Source: a virus
Lineage: Duplodnaviria; Caudoviricetes
Direction: 5' to 3' (one strand)
DNA: 64,000 bases
IMG/VR virus record: IMGVR_UViG_2721755486_000001
Coordinates: 130,883 to 194,882 of that record
Every line of letters begins with the position of its first letter. The stretch's first letter is position 1. Both the position numbers and the translations under genes were made by a program. Shown here piece by piece: positions 47,528 through 56,900 of the stretch. The notes beneath the pieces were generated by a model that had not been told where the DNA came from, made no database searches, and saw nothing but the letters and a program-made list of their open reading frames with translations.

Positions 47528-47961
47528 GGGAGGCCGATCTGCGCCAAGCGATCGCCACCGAGGCGCGCACCTGGCTGGGCACGCCGTACCACCACCAGGG
47601 CGCCGTGAAGGGGGCCGGGGCGGATTGCGCCATGCTGCTGGTGGAGGTGTACCACGCCTGCGGCCTGATCCCGCGCATCGACCCGCGGCCCTATCCCGCG
47701 GATTGGCATCTGCACCGTGATGCGGAGCGCTTCCTCGGCTGGGTCGAGCAATACGCGACGCCCGTCGAGGTGCCGCAGCGCGGCGACGTTGCCTTGTACC
47801 GCTTCGGGCGATGTGCCAGCCATGGCGCCATCGTGCTGGACTGGCCGGAAGTCATCCATGCCAGCCTGCGGGATGGCGAGGTGGTGCTGGCGGATGCCAC
47901 ACGCAATGCCGATCTGGCGAAACCCGGCCGCAGTGCCGGGTTTTTTACTCTGTTTGCCTGA
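47524..47961 (+). CDS. NlpC/P60 tail-associated peptidase
   Basis: ARTWLGTPYHHQG...GADC, HGAI, IHA. Confidence 0.9.
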   Translation: MREADLRQAIATEARTWLGTPYHHQGAVKGAGADCAMLLVEVYHACGLIPRIDPRPYPADWHLHRDAERFLGWVEQYATPVEVPQRGDVALYRFGRCASHGAIVLDWPEVIHASLRDGEVVLADATRNADLAKPGRSAGFFTLFA

Positions 47962-47962
47962 T

Positions 47963-50900
47963 ATGTCCAGTCTCTTCGGTTCTTCCAAGGTTAGCGATAA
48001 CGCGCCGGTGGTCAGCTCGCTGCGCATGCAGACGAGTTGCAACGGCAAGCCCATTCCGCTGCTGTACGGCATGCCGCGGGTGGCCGTCAACGTCATCCAG
48101 CACGAGGATTTCCAGGCGCATGCCCATCAGGAGCAGGCCGCTGGCGGCAAGGGTGGCAGCGCGCCGAGCACCACCAGCTGGTCCTATACCGCGACCGTGC
48201 TGCTGGCCATGGGCCAGGGCGAGATTCTCGGTGTGCGCCGCATCTGGAAGGGCAAGGAGATCAGCGACGCCTCCCGGCTCGGCCTCGATGTCTATACCGG
48301 CGCCAACGGGCAAAAGCCGTTCCCGCACATTGCCGGCAAGTTTCCGGCGCGGGCCTTGTCCTATCCCGGCATCGCCTATCTGGCGGCGGCCGCCTACCCC
48401 TTGGGGGGCGGCGGGCAACTGGACAACCACAATGCGGAGGTGGAGACGCCGCGCCGCATCTCCGCGGCGCTGCCGGACTGCGATCCGAGCGAGGTCATCC
48501 GCGATCTGGTGACCAGCCCCACGCATGGCTTGCGCATGCCGGCGAGCGCGCTCGGCGATCTGGCGCCCTTCTGGGCGTTCTGTCGCGCCAATGGCCTCTG
48601 GGTGTCGCCGGCCTACACTGACCAGCGCCCGGCCAAGGAGATGCTGCAGCAGCTGATCGATATCGGCTTCTCGGATGCCGTCTATAGCGAGAACCGGCTC
48701 AAGATCGTGCCGTACTCGGACGTGGCGGCAGCCGGCAATGGCGCCGAGTACACGCCGTCGCGCGCCCCGGTGTATGAGCTGACCGAAGACGACTTCATCA
48801 CGAGCGGCGCGGAGCCGCCGGTGCGCGTGTTCCGCAAGCACGGGACCGAAGCCCACAACCATGCGCAGGTGAAGTTCTTCGATCGCGCGCGGGACTACAA
48901 CGAGGACGTTGCCGAGTTCAAGGACGCGGCCGACATCGACCTGCGCGGCCTGCGCACCATGCCGGTGGTCGAGGCGCGCGAGATCGCCGACCGCCGGGCG
49001 GCGGAGCGCCTGGCCAACTTCAAGGTGCGGCGCTCCATCGGCGTGCGCAATACGTACAAGTTCGTCCTGCCATGGAAGTACGTGCTGCTGGAGGCAACGG
49101 ACATTGTGCTGCTGACCCTGCCCAGCCACCAGTTCCACCAGGTGCCGGTGATGATCACCGCCATCGAGGAGGCGGACGAAGGGGAGAGCGATGCTGGTGG
49201 CCTATACATCGAGGCCGAAGACTATGCCCTGAAGGCGACCGCCGTCGCGCAGGTGCCGCCGGCCACGCCTGGCGGCTTTGTGCCGGACTTCTCGGTGGCG
49301 CCCGGCAATGCCAACGTGCCGGTGCTGTTCGAACCGCCGTTTGCGCTGACGGACAATCGCCCCGAGCTGTGGCTGGCCACCGCCGGCGGCGAGAACTGGG
49401 GCGGGGCGGACGTGTGGGTGTCGCTGGACAACGCCAGCTACAAGCGGGTCGGCCGTATCGAGTGCCCTTCGCGGCACGGCTCGCTGGCGGCCGCGCTGCC
49501 GGCCGGCGCAGTGATCGACAGCGCCCATCTGCTCGCAGTCGATATGACCGCCTCGCGCGGGCAGCTGCTGTCCGGCACGCGAGATGACGCGGAAAGCCTG
49601 GTGACGCTGTGCTATGTCGACGGCGAGTACCTCGCCTACGCGGACGCCACGCTGACCGGCGTCAATACCTACAACCTGGGCTACCTGGTGCGCGGCGCGC
49701 ACGGCTCCGACAACACCGCCCATGCGGCCGGCACGCCCTTCGTGCGCCTCGACGGCAATGTGTTCCGCTACCCGTACCCCAAGGAATGGCTCGGGAAAAC
49801 CGTCTGGGTGAAACTCGTCAGCCACAACCGCTACGGCTCGGGCGCGCAGGATCTGTCCCGGGTGCCGGCCTACGCGCGCGTGCTGCAGGGCGCGCCGCTG
49901 CCAGCGGTCCGCGGGCTGCGCTTCGAGCAGCCGTGGATCGGGCGCGACGCGAAGCTGGCCTGGGAGCCGCTGGACGGGGCCGACAGCTACGACGTGCAGG
50001 TGCAGGCCGGCGCGCCGGTCTCGGTCCGGCGGGAATCGCTCCGGCTGGAGGCGACGCGCTTTGTCTATGGTGCGGCCGACATGCGGGCCGATGGCGGCCC
50101 GTGGCGCTCAGTGGTGTTCCGGGTGCGGGGGCGGGCCAGCACCGGCCGTACCGGACCCTGGTCGCAGCTGCTGGCGTCGAACCAGCAGGTCGGGCCGCTG
50201 ACCGGCATCAAGCTCGAGGGCGGGATGCGTTCGGCCTATTTCCGCTGCGCGCGGCCGGATGATGGAGACTTTGCCGGCATCGTGGTGTGGATGGGCGAGA
50301 CGCCGGACTTTGCCGCCAGCGCCGTCACGCAGGTGTACGACGGCCAGGATACCTTCGTCACACTGACCAAGCTGGCCTCGGGCGTTTCCCTGCAGGGCGG
50401 TAAGACCTACTATGTGCGCGCCGCCGGGTACGACGATTTCGGCAAGGACAGTCTTTCGATCTCCGCGGCGATCGCCGTTGACGTGGTAGGCGTGGCGCCG
50501 GATGCCGGCTCGATCACCGATCAGATGATCCAGGATGGCGTGCTGGATGTGGGCAAGTTCGCGCAGGGCATCGAGCCGATCGGCCTGGTCGACGTGCTGC
50601 CGAACCCCGTCGGCTACGGTGGTCGCCCGGCCGTGGTGCTGCTGAAGCAGGACGGGAAGCTCTACCGCTTTGTCGGGGGCGCCTGGAAGCGGGATGTCGA
50701 TGGCGGTGACCTGGCGCCGGGCACGGTGGATGGCACGCGGTTCGCCAGCGGGATCGAGCCCGTCGGGGTGGTCGCGTCGCTGCCGCCGGTCGCGGGCTAC
50801 AAGGGGCCGAAGGTCATCCTGAATACCACAGACGGCAAGACCTACCGCCTGGTCGGGGGCGCGTGGAAGAAGGACATCGACGCCGCGGACATTGCCGGCC

Positions 50901-53900
50901 AGCTCAAGGGCGAGCAGATCGGTGCCGGTGCCGTCGACCAGACCAAGTTTGCCGACGGGATCCGGCCGCCGGTCATCGTCACGGCGCTGCCCGCCATGCC
51001 GAACGCCGCGTTTCCCAAGGGTGCAACGGTAGTGCTGACCACGGACAGCCGCCTGTATGTGTCCAGCGGCAACGCCTGGAGCGGCAAGGTGCCGGCGGTG
51101 GAGGTGACCGGGCAGCTGGCCGACGCGCAGATCGCACAGATCAACGCCGCGAAGGTCGCCGGCAAGCTGACGGACGCGCAGATCGCCGAGATCGACGCCG
51201 CGAAGATCACGGGCAAGGTGGTCGCCGCTCAGATTGCCGACGGCGCGATCGACCAGACGAAGTTCGCGAGCGGCATCCGGCCGCCGGTGGTCGTGTCGGT
51301 GCTGCCGACATTGCCGAACGCTGCGTTTCCCAAGGGTGCCACGGTAACGCTGACTACGGACAGCCGCCTGTACGTCTCCGGTGGCAATGCCTGGAACGGC
51401 AAAGTACCGGCGGTGGACGTGACCGGCCAGCTGGCCGACGCGCAGATCGCGCAGATCAATGCGGCGAAGGTCGCCGGCAAGCTGACGGACGCGCAGATCG
51501 CCGAGATCGACGCCGCGAAGATCTCGGGCAAGGTGGTCGCTGCCCAGATCGCTGACGGCGCGATCGACCAGGCGAAGTTTGCGAGCGGCATCCGGCCGCC
51601 GGTCGTGGTGTCGGCGCTGCCGCCACTGCCGAACGCCGCATTCCCCAAGGGCGCGACGGTAGTGCTGACCGCGGACAGCCGCCTGTATGTGTCGGGTGGC
51701 AACGCCTGGAGCGGCAAGGTGCCGGCCTCGGAGGTGACGGGACAGCTGGCCGACGCGCAGATTGCGCAGATCAATGCGGCGAAGGTCGCCGGCAAGCTGA
51801 CGGACGCGCAGATCGCCGAGATCGACGCCGCGAAGATCTCGGGCAAGGTGGTCGCCGCCCAGATCGCCGACGGCGCGATCGACCAGGCGAAGTTTGCGAG
51901 CGGCATCCGGCCGCCGGTCGTGGTGTCGACGCTGCCGCCACTGCCGAACGCCGCGTTTCCCAAGGGCGCGACCGTGGTGCTGACCACGGATAGCCGCCTG
52001 TATGTGTCGGGCGGCAACGCCTGGAGCGGCAAGGTGCCGGCGGCGGAGGTGACGGGGCAGCTGGCCGACGCGCAGATTGCGCAGATCAACGCGGCCAAGG
52101 TCGCCGGCAAGCTGACGGACGCGCAGATCGCCGAGATCGATGCCGCGAAGATCGCGGGCAAGGTGGCCGGCTCCCAGATCGCCGACGGTGCGATCGACCA
52201 GACGAAATTTGCGAGCGGCATCCGGCCGCCGGTGATCGTCACGGCGCTGCCCACGATGCCGAACGCCGCCTTTCCGCAAGGGGCGACGGTGGTGCTGAAG
52301 GCGGACAACAAGCTCTACCGCTCGACTGGCGCCGGCTGGACGGCCTCCATTCCGACCTCCGACCTGGCCGGAACCATTGCCGACGCTCAGCTCGCCGGCA
52401 TTTCGGCCGGCAAGGTGACCGGCAAGCTCAGCGACAGCCAGCTCGACGCCATCGCGGCCGCCAAGATCACGGGCACGATCGGCTCGACGCAGATTGCCGA
52501 TGGTGCGATTTCGACGCCCAAGTTGGCCGCGGGAAGCGTCACGGCGGCCCAGATCGCCGCCGACGCGATTACGGCACGGCACGTGGCCGCGGGAACGATG
52601 ACCGCGACCGAGCTGGCGGCGGGCGCGGTGACGACCGCCAAGCTGGCCGCCGGTGCGGTCACCGCCAACGCGCTTGCCGCCGGCGCAGTCACGGCCGGCA
52701 AGGTCGCGGCCGACGCCATCTCTGCGGCGAACCTGCAGGCGAATGCGGTGACCGCCGGCAAGATTGCGGCGGGTGCCGTGGCTGCGGAGCAGATCGCGGC
52801 CGGCGCGCTGAGCATCGGGAAGTTTGGGTCGGACCGCTGGTCATTGCAGAAGGCGTTTGCCACCGATTGTTCGGACGCCCAGCCGTGGGCGAAGGTCGCT
52901 GGGGACGGAAGCCTGGTCGCGCAGGCGGACACTACCGCACTCACGGGCGCAAGCGTGCTGCGCGCGGCCGGCTATGTCGTCCTGGAGTGGAAGGAGAACA
53001 TCCCGTTCGATCCGGCCAAGCTCTACAAGCTGTCGGCGCGAGTGCGCCAGGCCGCGGATCCGACCAACGCCAAGAAGGCGATCTTCATTGGCTTCTGCGG
53101 CATCGCTGCCAACGGCGTCACGCGCGTGAACTATGCGGGTCAGAACGCGATCAGTTCGCAGCACTACATCGTTGCGGCGAACGCAAGCCTTGCGGTCGAC
53201 GAAGGCTGGCGGGAGTTTGTCGGCTACCTCAGGGGGAGCGCTGCCGCGGGCATCGCCTCGCCGCGCCCGAATGCGAATGATCCGGCTGTGGCGCACGCCA
53301 GCGTCCGCTTCATGCGGCCGATCCTGTACCTCAACTACGCAGGAGGGGATGGGGTAGCGGATCTCGACTCGTTCCAGATCGACATCGTGGAGATCCCGGA
53401 CAACTCCGTTGGCTCGACCAGCATTGTCGACGGCGCCATCACGACGGGCAAGCTGACGGCCGGTGCGGTGACCGCAGAGAAGATCGCTGCCGGCTCGGTG
53501 AGCGCGGAGAAGATTGCTGCCGGTGCAGTCACGGCCGGAAAGATCGACGCGGGCGCCGTGACGGCGCGCGAGCTGGCCACCGGCTCGGTGGTGGCCGGGA
53601 AGATCGCCGCCGGCACGGTGTCGGCTACCGAATTGGCGGCGGGCGCCGTCACGGCGGGCAAGATCGCCGCCGGCGCGGTGACCGCAGATTCGCTTGCGGC
53701 CAACGCGGTGGTGGCCGGCAAGATCTCGGCCGGAGCCGTCGGCGCGGCGGAGATTGCCGCCGGCGCGGTCACGACCGACAAGCTGGTGGTGGGCAACTTC
53801 TCCAACCAGATCCCGAACGGGGACTTCGCATCGGGCGACCTGAGGAACTGGACGCGCTGGGCGGGCCCGGTCGACGTGGTGCCGGCGTCGGATGCATCGG

Positions 53901-56900
53901 TGCCGGCGAACGCGCCCACGCCCTATGTGATGCGGCTGTCCGCCACGGCCGGCGGTACCACGTCGGTGTTCTCGCATGCCAAGCCCTACAGCGTGGCCGG
54001 TGCGGAACAGGACGGCGTGGCAGTGGTGCCCGGCGAGCAGTATGCCGGGCGCATTGCGCTGGCGCGCTCGGCCGATGCGGTGGGGGCGACCATGCGTGTT
54101 CTTTTCTACTACCGCAAGAGGGACGGGAGCTACAACAACAACTCGGGCGCGCTGGCGATTGCCGGTGGCATTGCCGGTCTGCCGACGTCTTGGACGGAAT
54201 ACGACTTCCGATGGACGGTGCCGGCGGACGCCACGCGCGCGTATCTGTACATCTACGCGTCCGGGGGCTTCACGAAGGGCACGATCGGCGTCGCCCAGGT
54301 CCGCGTGGCGCGGGTGTCGGACGGCACACTGATCGCTGACGGCGCCATCACGACGGGAAAGCTGACGGCCGGTGCGGTGACGGCAGAGAAGATCGCTGCT
54401 GGCTCGGTGAGCGCGGAGAAGATTGCCGCCGGTGCGGTCGCGGCCGGGAAGATCGAGGCAGGCGCCGTGGCCGCGCGCGAGCTAGCCGCCGGCGCGGTGG
54501 TGGCCGGGAAGATCGCGGCCGGTGCGGTGACGACTACCGAGCTGGCGGCGGGCGCCGTTGCGGCGGGCAAGATCGCCGCGGGCGCCGTGACCGCGGAGTC
54601 GCTTGCGGCCAACGCGGTGGTGGCGGGCAAGATCTCGGCCGGTGCCGTCGGCGCGGCGGAGATTGCCGCCGGCGCGGTCACGACGACCAAACTGAGTGCT
54701 GGTGCCGTGACAGCGGAGAAGATCGCCGCTGCCTCTGTGAGCGCGGAGAAGATCACGGCCGGTGCTGTGAGCGCGGAAAAAATCGCCGCCGGCGCGGTGA
54801 CTGCGGAGAAGATCGCCGCCGGCGCCGTGACCGCAGAGTCGCTCGCGGCCAATGCGGTGGTGGCCGGCAAGATCGCGGCCGGCGCCGTCGGCGCGGCGGA
54901 GATTGCCGCCGGCGCGGTGACGACCGACAAGCTGGTGGTCGGCAATTTCTCCAACCTGATCCCGAACGGGGACTTTGCGTCGGGCGACCTGCGCAACTGG
55001 ACGCGCTGGGCGGGCCCGGTCGACGTGGTGCCGGCGTCGGATCCGTCGGTGCCGGCGAACGCGCCCACGCCCTATGTGATGCGCTTGTCCGCCACGGCTG
55101 GCGGTACCACCTCCGTGTTCTCGCATGCCAAGCCCTACAGCATGGCCGGCGCGGACCAGGACGGCGTGGCGGTGGTGCCTGGCGAGCAGTATGCCGGGCG
55201 GGTCTCGCTGGCGCGCTCGGCGGATGCGGTCGGGGCGACCATGTATGTCATGTTCTTCTACCGCAAGAGGGATGGCAGCCATAACAACGGCTCGGGCGCG
55301 CTGGCGATCGCCGGAGGTGTGTCGGGTCTCCCGACGGCGTGGAAGGAATACGACTTCCGGTGGACAGTGCCGGCGGACGCCACGCGCGCGTATCTGTATG
55401 TCTATGCCACGGGTGGCTTCACCAAGGGCACGATCGGCGTCGCCCAGGTCCGCCTGACGCGCGTGTCGGACGGCACGCTGATCGCTGACGGCGCCATCAC
55501 GACGGGCAAGCTGATAGCCGGTGCGGTGACAGCGGAGAAGATCGCTGCCGGCTCGGTGAGTGCGGAGAAGATTGCTGCCGGCGCGGTCACGGCCGGAAAG
55601 ATCGACGCGGGCGCCGTGGCCGCGCGCGAGCTGGCGGCCGGCGCGGTGGTGGCCGGGAAGATCGCGGCCGGTGCGGTGACGACTACCGAGCTGGCGGCGG
55701 GCGCCGTCACGGCGGGCAAGATCGCCGCGGGCGCCGTGACCGCGGATTCGCTCGCGGCGAATGCGGTGGTGGCCGGCAAGATCGCGGCCGGCGCCGTCGG
55801 GGCGAGCCAGATCTCTGCTGGAGCCATATCCGCCGAAAAGCTGCAGGCAGGCGCGGTCAGCGCGGACAAGCTGCTGGCTGGCGCGGTCACCGCCGGGAAG
55901 CTGGCGGCGGGCTCGGTGTCCGCCGATAACCTGCAGGCGAACGCGGTGACGGCTGGCAAGATCGCGGCCGGCGCTGTGGCGGCGGAGCAGATCGCCGCCG
56001 GCGCGCTGACCATCGGGAAGTTTGGTTCGGATCGCTGGTCGCTGCAGAAGGCGTTTGCCACCGATTGCTCTGACGCCCAGCAATGGGCGAAGGTCGCGGG
56101 TGCGGGGAGCCTGGTCGCGCAGGAGGATGCTACGGCGCTCACGGGCGCAGGCGTGCTACGCGCGACTGGTTTTGTCGTCATGGAATGGAAAGAAAACATT
56201 CCGTTCGATCCGGCCAAGCTCTACAAGCTGACGGCTCGCGTGCGCCAGGTCGTGGAGCCGAGCAATGCCAAGAAGGGGATCTATATCGGCTTCTGCGGCG
56301 TCGCTGCCAACGGCGTCACGCGCGTGAACTGTGCAGGTATCGACACGGCCAGTTCCCAGCACTACATCGTGGCGGCGAACGCAAGCCTTGCGGTCGATGA
56401 GGGTTGGCGGGAATTCGTCGGTTACCTCAGGGGGAGCGCCGCGGCCGGCACGCCTTCGCCGCGCCCGAACGCGAATGATCCGGCTGTAGCGCACGCCAGC
56501 GTCCGCTTCATGCGCCCGATCCTGTATCTCAACTACACGGGAGGGGATGGGGTGGCCGACCTGGACTCGTTCCAGATCGACATCGTGGAGATCCCGGACA
56601 ACTCCGTTGGCTCGACCAGCATCGTCGACGGCGCCATCACCACCGGCAAGATTGCGGCGAACGCCGTCACGGCGGGCAAGGTTGCAGCCAACGCCATCAC
56701 GGCCGGCACGATCGCGGCCGGTGCCGTCGGCGCGGCGGAGATTGCCGCGGGAGCGATCACGACTGACAAGCTGGTGGTCGGCAACTTCTCCAACCAGATC
56801 CCGAATGGGGACTTCGAGACGGGCGACCTGCGCAACTGGACGCGCTGGGCGGGCCAGGTCGACGTGGTGGCGGCATCGGATGCATCGGTGCCGGCGAACG